Shown: one piece after another, positions 56,488 to 64,000 of the stretch
Layout of the letters: each line of letters opens with the position of its first letter
Numbering within the stretch: position 1 is the stretch's first letter
Source: an uncultured Candidatus Saccharibacteria bacterium
Lineage (GTDB): Bacteria > Patescibacteriota > Minisyncoccia > UBA6257 > 2-01-FULL-56-20
Assembly (NCBI GenBank): GCA_964387675.1
Contig: CAYLWL010000001.1
Span: 1,099 to 65,098 of the forward strand
DNA length: 64,000 nt
Direction: 5' to 3'
Program-made: the position numbers and the translations under genes
Notes under the pieces: model-generated
Told to the model about the DNA's origin: nothing
Databases searched by the model: none
What the model saw: only the letters and a program-made list of their open reading frames with translations

Positions 56488-57114
56488 GTAAAATCTTTGC
56501 GTCACCGCGAACTTTCGGGATAGCTTACAAACTGATTGATTATAGTACATAAACGAAAATAATTTTAGAGAGTCGGCTTTCGCGTAAACCAGTACGCCGA
56601 TGCCGTCTTTTTTCGATTCGATCCAACCTCCTTCTATTTTCGTGATATTCTGAATTTCCGACTTAACCCACTCTAAAAACCTTGGACTGGCGGAGCACAA
56701 TCTAATTCTTAGCTGCGGATATTTACTTTCGGGATGAGAAAAAAATCCGATGCTCCCATCTCCGTCAATACAACCACGGAAAAAATCAGCGAAGTATTCT
56801 TTCGGAATTTTTAACTCCGTAAGTGTCTTGGATTTTGCCGGTTTCAGACCTATGGTGGCCAGAAAATCGTAAAAATCCCTATCGCCAAATTGCACAACAA
56901 AATATTTCTTTTCCTTTGACCCACCCCTACTCTTGCGACCTATTCTGTTTGACAATCCCAGGCATAGCTTAAAAATGAGAACCAGTTCCTCGTCTTTGCT
57001 TGTAAAGTTAATATGTCTTCCGTCTATGGACAAATTCCCGTCGGTGGTTATTAGTCCTATGGCATAAGCGAATCTCGAACTCCACACAATTTTTACCTTT
57101 CTCATCCTGTGCAC
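56464..57114 (-). CDS. Free-standing double-motif LAGLIDADG homing endonuclease family protein
   Basis: YAIGLITTDGN and FFRGCIDGDGS; AT-rich; stop codon lies inside tRNA-Leu. Confidence 0.88.
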   Translation of the reverse strand: MHRMRKVKIVWSSRFAYAIGLITTDGNLSIDGRHINFTSKDEELVLIFKLCLGLSNRIGRKSRGGSKEKKYFVVQFGDRDFYDFLATIGLKPAKSKTLTELKIPKEYFADFFRGCIDGDGSIGFFSHPESKYPQLRIRLCSASPRFLEWVKSEIQNITKIEGGWIESKKDGIGVLVYAKADSLKLFSFMYYNQSVCKLSRKFAVTQRFYGRVAELV

Positions 57115-57221
57115 AGGTTTATTATACTAAACCACATAGCGTCTGCCAATGTTTTTGACAAACGGATTTCCGCGTGGTAATATGTTGGCAGCTCAACGTT
57201 GACAAGAAGGTGGAGGAAACA

Positions 57222-58325
57222 ATGTCTGCGAGATCCAGGCTTCTGTTTGTAATTGCCGTTCTTGCAACCGTCGTTGCTTTGAGATACGCCTACAACAGTT
57301 CCGCGATTACAGGGGCTATCTTTGGAGTTTTGAATCTCGCCTTTGTCGCTTTCGTCGTTCTTCTCGGCTTCGCTTCGTTTTGGCCAATCCCCGCAATCTG
57401 CTATGGAGAACGAAGATTTTGGGGTTGGAGAGATTCGCGCCTAGTGAGCGGTTGGACGTTCTGGATTCCCGAGAAACTCGGAGGAAGAATAGCAACTTTA
57501 TCGACCACGCCGCAGGAAGCAACGGGGAGTGTGGCTTTCACGACGAACGACACAATCTTCGAGAGCAGCAGGGCGAAGCCGCAAGTTATATGCGACTATT
57601 ACCTGAAATACAAAGCGGATCCGAACGTCAGAGATAGTGCCAAACGCAATGCCTTTCTCGGCACAACGCCAGCCGCCATCGAAAGAGAAATCAACGCGAC
57701 TCTGAAGGGGAAGCTTGGAAACCTCGGCGGAGTCATTGGAAGCAATGACTTTCTCGTGAACCGGAGCGCGATCGAGGACTTCATCCGCTGTACGCTCCAA
57801 ATGGAAGTACCGCCGCATAAACGCCACAATGGCTGCCGAGTTCCCGGTTGCAACTATGTGGGAACAAGAGAAATCCCGAGCGGAAAAATTCTGGATTTCT
57901 ACAACACCCACCGCGAGGCCATCGGCGAAGAAATCCGCACGGAAAAAAGTAGAGCCACAGACATGTCTGGAATCGAGAGAAGCAACGGCATAGACGTCGA
58001 ACTCTTCAAACTCGAGAAGGTCGACTTCTCCGAGGAAACCAAAAAGGCGCTCAACGAAGAAGAGGTTCAAAGAGCGCGCGCTCGAGGACTTGAGATTCAG
58101 CGCCTTGAAGCAAAGAAATTGATGGACACCCTTGTCGGGCTTTCACCGGAAGAAGCCCTAACGGGCACTCAAGCGGCCTTGCTCGGAACACCGCTCAAGG
58201 ACATCAGAGTAAGAGGCGGTGGTCAAGCGGTCATTATTGAGGGCGGCATCCCCGGCCTCGGCGGAGCAAGCGGAAAGGCAGATAAAGGCGGCTCGGGCGG
58301 TGGAGGCAGAGGAGGTCGGCGATGA
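57222..58325 (+). CDS. Membrane protein, possibly SPFH/band-7-like
   Basis: TTGACA-17-TAATAT promoter, GGAGG RBS, two TMs, GIDVELFKLEKVDF followed by coiled coil and a Gly-rich tail. Confidence 0.55.
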   Translation: MSARSRLLFVIAVLATVVALRYAYNSSAITGAIFGVLNLAFVAFVVLLGFASFWPIPAICYGERRFWGWRDSRLVSGWTFWIPEKLGGRIATLSTTPQEATGSVAFTTNDTIFESSRAKPQVICDYYLKYKADPNVRDSAKRNAFLGTTPAAIEREINATLKGKLGNLGGVIGSNDFLVNRSAIEDFIRCTLQMEVPPHKRHNGCRVPGCNYVGTREIPSGKILDFYNTHREAIGEEIRTEKSRATDMSGIERSNGIDVELFKLEKVDFSEETKKALNEEEVQRARARGLEIQRLEAKKLMDTLVGLSPEEALTGTQAALLGTPLKDIRVRGGGQAVIIEGGIPGLGGASGKADKGGSGGGGRGGRR

Positions 58326-58819
58326 CACCGACCCCTACCTCTCCGCAAGCGACACCGATTGTCTCAAGTCAGCGATTCGGAAAGATTTTCAAGCTGATTG
58401 TGGTCGCGGCTCTTGTGGCGATCTTCGGCAACTGGGCGGCGAAGAAAGCACAACAAGAAATGATCCGAGGAGAAGCAAACCGGACAACCGCGGCGCTCGT
58501 GCCGGAAATCACGCTCTCGTGCGGAGGCGAGAAGGAATACCCGCGGCTCCCATCCGTGCGGTCAATCGTGCTGATTCTCAACCAGACCGGCGCGCAATGT
58601 TCGACGGCTTGGCTGCGGCGGCCAAAGAACGCGACGAACCTGAACTCCGACCCGGAGGGTGATGTCAAAATGCAAATGGCTGTTGGCGAAGGGAAAACCA
58701 CGCCCTGGCTCGACGACAGTCCGCTCATTCACCGCTTCGAGGGCCGATCCCTCAATGCCGTGAGATATCAAAACCTCGGCGAGGAGCCGGTGAAGATTCT
58801 CCTCACCATCTACTACTAA
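58322..58819 (+). CDS. Hypothetical single-TM protein
   Basis: ATGA overlap with the upstream gene; one TM. Confidence 0.7.
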   Translation: MTPTPTSPQATPIVSSQRFGKIFKLIVVAALVAIFGNWAAKKAQQEMIRGEANRTTAALVPEITLSCGGEKEYPRLPSVRSIVLILNQTGAQCSTAWLRRPKNATNLNSDPEGDVKMQMAVGEGKTTPWLDDSPLIHRFEGRSLNAVRYQNLGEEPVKILLTIYY

Positions 58820-58824
58820 ACCAA

Positions 58825-58850
58825 ACCGCGCACATAGATATGTGCGCGGT
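58825..58850. terminator. Hairpin between convergent genes
   Basis: ACCGCGCACATA-GA-TATGTGCGCGGT. Confidence 0.6.
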
Positions 58851-58879
58851 AAAACTTTCTTTTTTTAACGTAATCGGGC

Positions 58880-59239
58880 TTAGCAGCCCCCTACGGTCGT
58901 GCTGAATAAGCTACTCACGATGAGCGGCACGCCTCGCGCGAACAGCGCGACGACGATGGCTACCGCGGCGTAAATCAGTTGATGGCTCGCGCCCTTTACT
59001 TTCTCCGGATCGCCGGCCGCGGTCAAATACTTGAAAGCGGCAATCAAAACGAAGACAACCGCGGCGATAACAAGAAACGTGAAGAGCCAGCCAACGATGA
59101 CATTACAAACAAACGACTGAAGACCGCTCACGCTCGTGATCGGCGGCGGCGGCGCGGACTGCGCTCCCACGATAAGGGGCGACAGATACGAGACGGCGCT
59201 CGCGAATGGCGCGGTCAGCTTTTTAAAACTCTTAAACAT
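58880..59239 (-). CDS. CPR-type pilin (TrbC/VirB2-like)
   Basis: KYLTAAGDPEKVKGA..L.YA between two hydrophobic helices. Confidence 0.8.
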   Translation of the reverse strand: MFKSFKKLTAPFASAVSYLSPLIVGAQSAPPPPITSVSGLQSFVCNVIVGWLFTFLVIAAVVFVLIAAFKYLTAAGDPEKVKGASHQLIYAAVAIVVALFARGVPLIVSSLFSTTVGGC

Positions 59240-59293
59240 AATGATAATCTGTGGTTTTCGACCTTTCAGAAAGTTTCTACTCAAAAAGTTGGG

Positions 59294-59713
59294 TTAACCG
59301 ATGATCGCGTCGCTGCCACCGCCCCCTCCGCCGCCGCAGTTAAATCCGGGAATAGTGCCTCCGGGGAATATGCTGGAGATTAATACCGGAAAGCCCTTGG
59401 CGATTAAAGCGACAACCACTGCCACGGCCGCGTAGGTTATGGTTTTGTGCGCCTTCGAAACTTTTTCGGAGTCGTCGCCTGCCCGAAGATAAATATACGC
59501 CGCCCATATAACCATAATGGCGGCGAGAGCTATCAAAATGGTGAACATCGTGTCAAAAACGGGGCAAAGAACTTTGCTCACAACATCCTGGGCTCCCCTT
59601 AACTCTATGGCGGCATAGGCGGAGGGAAAAAGCGCGAACTGGACAACGGCGAAAATAGCTCCCCGACCAACCCATTGATTCCTTGCGATAAAACCTAAAA
59701 TCCTGTTTCTCAT
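59294..59713 (-). CDS. CPR-type pilin (TrbC/VirB2-like)
   Basis: YLRAGDDSEKVSKAHKTITYA. Confidence 0.8.
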   Translation of the reverse strand: MRNRILGFIARNQWVGRGAIFAVVQFALFPSAYAAIELRGAQDVVSKVLCPVFDTMFTILIALAAIMVIWAAYIYLRAGDDSEKVSKAHKTITYAAVAVVVALIAKGFPVLISSIFPGGTIPGFNCGGGGGGGSDAIIG

Positions 59714-59736
59714 TGCTTTTTAGTATAACACATTCG

Positions 59737-60069
59737 CTATTGAACTCCAAATATGCCGAAAATCAGGCCTTGCACGCTCTTTGCAAGGAGTATGACCACA
59801 AGCCCGATTGCCGCATAGAGTATGGTTTGTCTGCCTTTCGTGAACTTCTCCGGATCGCCGGCCGCGGTCATGATCTGGAAGCCGCCCCAGAGCACCATAA
59901 TGGCGGCAATCGGCCCGCCGATCACGAAGAGAAAATCGGTAATCTTGTCGGTGATGCAGGAAAGGTCGCATCCACTCAATGGATTTAAAAGTCCGCCCCC
60001 CACGTGCGTATCGGCGTAGGCCTTGTTGAATAGTCCCGAAAAATATAAACCTGTTTTCGCGAGCCACAT
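59737..60069 (-). CDS. CPR-type pilin (TrbC/VirB2-like)
   Basis: GFQIMTAAGDPEKFTKGRQTILYAAIG. Confidence 0.8.
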   Translation of the reverse strand: MWLAKTGLYFSGLFNKAYADTHVGGGLLNPLSGCDLSCITDKITDFLFVIGGPIAAIMVLWGGFQIMTAAGDPEKFTKGRQTILYAAIGLVVILLAKSVQGLIFGIFGVQ

Positions 60070-60080
60070 AGGTAACCTTA

Positions 60081-60596
60081 TTATAGCGCTCCGCCGCAAA
60101 AGCTCAAACCCCGCGAATCCTCGCCACGGGGCAAGCCATAGCCGGACAAATCCTCGGGCGACGCGCCAACCCAAACCTTGAGCTTGCAGGCGTCGGCTTC
60201 GTTTATTCCCAAAATTTCAAGAAAATCTTTTTCCGCCAAATGTCTGTTTGTGTCAAAGGGCGCGGCAGAAATGTAAACAGAGAAACCGCTTGTGTACGTG
60301 TCGTAATTAATCCCGAAGCCGTCTGTTGATGTTATAACAACAAATTGCTCTCTCGCCCCGACCGCGGTCTTGTAAAAGTTCTTCACCTCAACCGCGCCCC
60401 TTGGAGTTCCTATGGACAGCATATCCCCTTCGGGAATGCTGGCCAATCGAGAAACGACGGAGCTGATTTCTCCGGCGACGCCGCCAGACGATCCGCCGGT
60501 CGAATCGGATCCTCCAAACAAGATCTTCGAAATAAAAAATCCTGCGGCTGTTACAAAAACGATTGCTGTTGCGACGAAGATTGTTTTCTTGCTCAT
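60081..60596 (-). CDS. Hypothetical exported protein within the pilin cluster
   Basis: N-terminal TM, AEKDFLEILGI...ACKL, C-terminal FC. Confidence 0.7.
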   Translation of the reverse strand: MSKKTIFVATAIVFVTAAGFFISKILFGGSDSTGGSSGGVAGEISSVVSRLASIPEGDMLSIGTPRGAVEVKNFYKTAVGAREQFVVITSTDGFGINYDTYTSGFSVYISAAPFDTNRHLAEKDFLEILGINEADACKLKVWVGASPEDLSGYGLPRGEDSRGLSFCGGAL

Positions 60597-60606
60597 GTCC
60601 TTATGT

Positions 60607-61407
60607 TTATCGAGGCGGCACCACCACGTCCCAGTGGTTGCTCTCGAGCGCGTAAATCGCCCCGCTCGGAGCCCGGTACATCTTCGCTCCGTCGCTTCTG
60701 TCGGGAAGCTGTTGGTAGTTGTTTCGAATATAGTTTGTTAACGCCGAACCCCCGTCCCGACTGCGCAAATCTACTTTATAACCGTTCGCGTGACTCACGG
60801 CACCCGACTCGTGTTCGCCGCCCGTCGCCGAAGTAACCGTAACTTCGCAAGAAGCGTTTGCGGCTTTGCAGGCATTCGTAAGGCGGATAACTTCGTCCAC
60901 GGTGCCTTGTTTGAGGCCCGCCAATCTGATCGGGCCGTTCACGGCAACACCCGCGTTGCGGAACTGGTCGTAGGATTGTTGCTGACTCAACCCAAGTCCG
61001 GCGGGGCTGCCGCCGCCAGCATCTCCACTCGATCCGCCGCCCGCCGGAATCGGCGAAAGCGCGGGCAGGGAAAGCTTGGTGAGATCGGGATTAATGATGT
61101 TCAAAATGAAGTACGCTCCGAAAAGCAGAAGTAATCCCGAGATCGCGCCCTGGATCCATTCTTTCCCTTCGGTCTGTCCGGAGGGATTGCCAGCGGCGGT
61201 CATATATTTCACTCCCCCGAAGATAATCGCGCCCAGCGCCAGTACGCCGGAGATCATCAGGGCAAAGTTGTAAAGCTGCGCTATAAATTCATTGGGTTGC
61301 GGAGCCGCCGAAAGGCCCGGGAGGCCAATGTTGATATGAACCTGCGCGAAAGCGGAGTATAGCGGCGCTGAAAATAAAACAATGGCCAGGGCAAGGCGCC
61401 TTTTCAT
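60607..61407 (-). CDS. Pilin fused to a putative M15-type zinc peptidase domain
   Basis: KYMTAAGNP..GKEWI pilin core; C-terminal VTS..GG.H...SHANGYKVDLR...HWDV. Confidence 0.7.
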   Translation of the reverse strand: MKRRLALAIVLFSAPLYSAFAQVHINIGLPGLSAAPQPNEFIAQLYNFALMISGVLALGAIIFGGVKYMTAAGNPSGQTEGKEWIQGAISGLLLLFGAYFILNIINPDLTKLSLPALSPIPAGGGSSGDAGGGSPAGLGLSQQQSYDQFRNAGVAVNGPIRLAGLKQGTVDEVIRLTNACKAANASCEVTVTSATGGEHESGAVSHANGYKVDLRSRDGGSALTNYIRNNYQQLPDRSDGAKMYRAPSGAIYALESNHWDVVVPPR

Positions 61408-61871
61408 TGGGAACTTTGGGGCACTTGGCAATTCAACGCCGAGGTGATCCCTGGCAGATCGACCCCCAAGAACGTGACGATTGATTTGATCACCACAAAC
61501 GCCAGCAAGACGATCACCATCCCGATGAGCGTCCCCCGTAAAATCTTTTTGCCGGTTTCGATGTTCCCCGGATTCGCGCCGGCCGTCAAAATCAGAATGC
61601 CGCCCCACGCGAACAAAATCGGCGTCAGGGCGAAAAGCGCGATCGTCATAACAAAGTAGATGATATTGACTCCCGTGTCGATGAAATCGCAGAAACTTTT
61701 GCAGGCGTTCGGATTCGTAGCCGGGTCGCCGTGGCAAGAGAGAAGTCCGCTATCGGGAAAACCCCAAAAACCCAAAGGGAAGATGCTCTGCGCGCGATGC
61801 GCGGTATCGGCGAAAACCAGATACGGCGCGGCCACCAAAAGCAGTAAGATTGAGAATATGACTTTTCTCAT
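61404..61871 (-). CDS. CPR-type pilin (TrbC/VirB2-like)
   Basis: GGILILTAGANPGNIETGKKILRGTLIG; N-terminal Cys cluster. Confidence 0.78.
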   Translation of the reverse strand: MRKVIFSILLLLVAAPYLVFADTAHRAQSIFPLGFWGFPDSGLLSCHGDPATNPNACKSFCDFIDTGVNIIYFVMTIALFALTPILFAWGGILILTAGANPGNIETGKKILRGTLIGMVIVLLAFVVIKSIVTFLGVDLPGITSALNCQVPQSSQ

Positions 61872-61940
61872 GAAAATGTGATACTAATCATACGAATTAG
61901 TATTACTTGTATCATTGGTATGCATTTGCATATTGGTATC

Positions 61941-63269
61941 TCATTTACTCGTCATCAACTGGCTCGCTTGGTCTTGCGCCTGCCGTAACGCGTGTTCCGA
62001 ATCCGCTTTTCCGCTTAACACCCTCGTTATCGCGTCATTTATTATTCTATCAATAATCTCGTCGTCCGCCTCGTGCCACGACTGGGCGGTAAGCGCCTGC
62101 CTCACGAAAACTCCCATATCCGGATCGTCCAGTTTTTGGGCGATGAGAGATCGGAGGGCGGGCGGGTGGCCGGTTGCGTCAAGATATAATTTCGAAGCGT
62201 CGGGGTTTGTCGTCGCGAAAAGCGCGAAATCCCATGCCCAACCGATGGATTTGCTCTGTTTTGAAACCGCGAGGCCCCAGTAACGAGGGTAGTTCACGCC
62301 GGTCTCCGACCCCGTGGGTTGGAGCATCGGAGCAACCGCGACATTCAGGAATGGGCTCTTGCCCCCGATCTTGTCAATCGCCGATTTGTAATTGAACACA
62401 ATAGCCGTCTTGCCGTTCGCGAAACTGTCGATCGAATTCTGTTGGGCATCATTCCAGGTGTACCGGGGCGAACCGGCATTCGCAAATTGAAGATAAAAGT
62501 TGAAAGCGGCCAGTCCCGGATTTTTGTTGTCGTCCCGCGCCGAAGCAAAAGTGGCCGACGAAAAGTTGTTGGTTGTCATCTGCGTGCCGTTTTGAAGCAT
62601 CAAGAGAACCAGAAGATCGACTCCCGCATCAACGCTTTGCTCGGAGCCGCCGATCGCCGCGGCCGCTCTCACGATTTGCCCGCTCTCATTCAACGTCTTG
62701 AGCCGCGGCACGATAGAGAGAAATTCATCCCATGTTTTCGGCGGAAAAACGATCGCGGCTTGGTTGAAGAGGTCTTTATTGTAGATCGTCGCCATCGTGT
62801 CCACGTACAGCGGGAGAGCGAAAATCTGCTTTGCCTCGCCTGTGGCGGGGCTCCCGGAAGCCGACACGAAGTCCTGTTCCGCAACCGCGGGGAAAAAATT
62901 TCTGAATCCCGCAAGCCCCAACTGCGCCGGCAAAATCGGGTACAATTTATTCATGTGCTTCGGCAGGGCCCTATTTCTGACATAGAGCACGTCTGGTCCG
63001 GCGCCTTCGGCCAATGCGTCAACCAGAACGCCATCGTACTTCGCGGGATCAATCTCTTTATAGGTTACTTGAACGTTTGGTCTGAACGCCTTGTAGCTCT
63101 GAATAACTTTTTCTATGGCCGCGGAGCTCTCGGTGCCCCAAAAATTCAAAGACACCTGCTCCCTAACCCCGCTGTCGCGGCGAACGTTAAGGCCAACAAC
63201 AACGAAGATAAGGATGAAGACAACGGCGATGCCCGCGAGTATGAAGATTTGTTTCTGGGAAAGTTTCAT
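61941..63269 (-). CDS. Extracellular solute-binding protein (ABC-type, family 1-like)
   Basis: LNFWG, GPDV, YNKDLF, PPKTWDEF, FANGKTA. Confidence 0.85.
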   Translation of the reverse strand: MKLSQKQIFILAGIAVVFILIFVVVGLNVRRDSGVREQVSLNFWGTESSAAIEKVIQSYKAFRPNVQVTYKEIDPAKYDGVLVDALAEGAGPDVLYVRNRALPKHMNKLYPILPAQLGLAGFRNFFPAVAEQDFVSASGSPATGEAKQIFALPLYVDTMATIYNKDLFNQAAIVFPPKTWDEFLSIVPRLKTLNESGQIVRAAAAIGGSEQSVDAGVDLLVLLMLQNGTQMTTNNFSSATFASARDDNKNPGLAAFNFYLQFANAGSPRYTWNDAQQNSIDSFANGKTAIVFNYKSAIDKIGGKSPFLNVAVAPMLQPTGSETGVNYPRYWGLAVSKQSKSIGWAWDFALFATTNPDASKLYLDATGHPPALRSLIAQKLDDPDMGVFVRQALTAQSWHEADDEIIDRIINDAITRVLSGKADSEHALRQAQDQASQLMTSK

Positions 63270-63372
63270 GGAGTATTCGCGAATAACGCTAATTTTTATT
63301 TAATAATGCGAATTTGGTTTCCGGTTCCATTCGCGTTATTACCCGGTATTATTCGCGTTATTAGCGATTACT
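63262..63372 (-). repeat. Palindromic repeat family A, copy 2
   Basis: Inverted copy of 2956-3067, again ending in CTCCATGAAACT. Confidence 0.85.
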
Positions 63373-64000
63373 CTAGATAATAACGGTTCCCGCGAGCCGA
63401 TCTCCCGCCTTGAGGTTCATAATTTTGACGCCTTGGGCGGAGCGGCCCGTCGCGCGAACGGACTCGATGCTCGTCCTGATCATCTGGCCCTTTTGAGAGA
63501 GGGCGAATATTTCTTTTTCATCGCCGACAATATGAGCTGAAACCAGGGGGCCTGTCTTGGGAGTAATGTTCGCTGTTCGTATGCCGGATCCGCCGCGACT
63601 CTGCACTTTGTATTCCTTGAGCGCGGTCTGTTTGGCAAAACCGTTCGACATTACGACAAGCAAGCGCGAAGAGCCGGTGGCAATCTCTTTGCCCCCCGCT
63701 CCCTGCTCTTTGCTCTTTATTATATCAAAGCCCGCCACCTCGTCGTCTTTTTTGAGGCGCACGGCCCGCACGCCGGCGGCCGTCCGGCCCATCGCGCGGA
63801 TTTGCGCCTCCTTGAATCTGATCGACTGGCCAAGCTTGGTGGTAAGCATCACTTGATCGTTGCCGCTCGACAGCTTCACCCAGCGGAGCGCGTCTCCTTT
63901 TTTAAGGGAGATGGCGATGATTCCGGTGCGCCTGATATTTTCAAAATCCTCAAGCGACGTCTTCTTGATAAGGCCTTTTTTCGTGACCATAACTAAGTAA
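63373..64000 (-). CDS. gyrA: DNA gyrase subunit A, C-terminal beta-pinwheel (partial)
   Basis: RAMGRTAAGVR, QSRGGSG, GRSAQGV repeats. Confidence 0.9.
   Translation of the reverse strand, partial: YLVMVTKKGLIKKTSLEDFENIRRTGIIAISLKKGDALRWVKLSSGNDQVMLTTKLGQSIRFKEAQIRAMGRTAAGVRAVRLKKDDEVAGFDIIKSKEQGAGGKEIATGSSRLLVVMSNGFAKQTALKEYKVQSRGGSGIRTANITPKTGPLVSAHIVGDEKEIFALSQKGQMIRTSIESVRATGRSAQGVKIMNLKAGDRLAGTVII

Noticed and set aside
59002-59870. Identical stretch TCTCCGGATCGCCGGCCGCGGTCA in two pilin genes as a second TR/VR pair
   Set aside because: It is too short, encodes the conserved TAAGDPE motif of paralogues, and shows no adenine-specific pattern.
1-64000. CRISPR array or cas genes
   Set aside because: No regularly spaced 23-50-bp direct repeats with unique spacers were seen. 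The short arrays have 7-9-nt periods.
1-64000. Alternative genetic code (TGA as Gly, as in Gracilibacteria)
   Set aside because: Conserved genes are full length under the standard code and several end at TGA.

Overview
This is a chromosomal fragment of roughly 50% GC that looks like a Patescibacteria (CPR, Parcubacteria-like) genome using the standard code. That assignment is inferred from the gene set, the CPR-type pilin cluster and the near-leaderless starts. The window holds a surface-glycan and GDP-heptose cluster (1.7-13.2 kb), housekeeping genes (PMM/PGM, ftsK, recA, pnp, rpsO, xer, ftsH, dcd, glyA, folD, partial gyrA), five tRNAs, a tRNA-overlapping LAGLIDADG endonuclease, and several families of short palindromic or MITE-like elements. 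The main finding is a complete diversity-generating retroelement (DGR) at 13.5-17.2 kb. Its 133-bp template and variable repeats differ at 18 positions, all of them template adenines. Its layout is unusual: avd lies antisense between TR and RT and overlaps the RT 5' end head-to-head across one (TC)13 microsatellite. As sequenced, both genes are out of frame with their upstream ATGs, and deleting one TC unit restores both. This suggests a single bidirectional phase-variation switch, although an assembly error in the tract cannot be excluded. Other highlights are an aromatic (YYFWF) leader-peptide attenuator upstream of an unknown-enzyme/cupin/peptidase operon, repeat elements that end in the start codon of the next gene, and heptamer repeats inside housekeeping proteins. 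All calls were made by eye from motifs, and no database searches were run.
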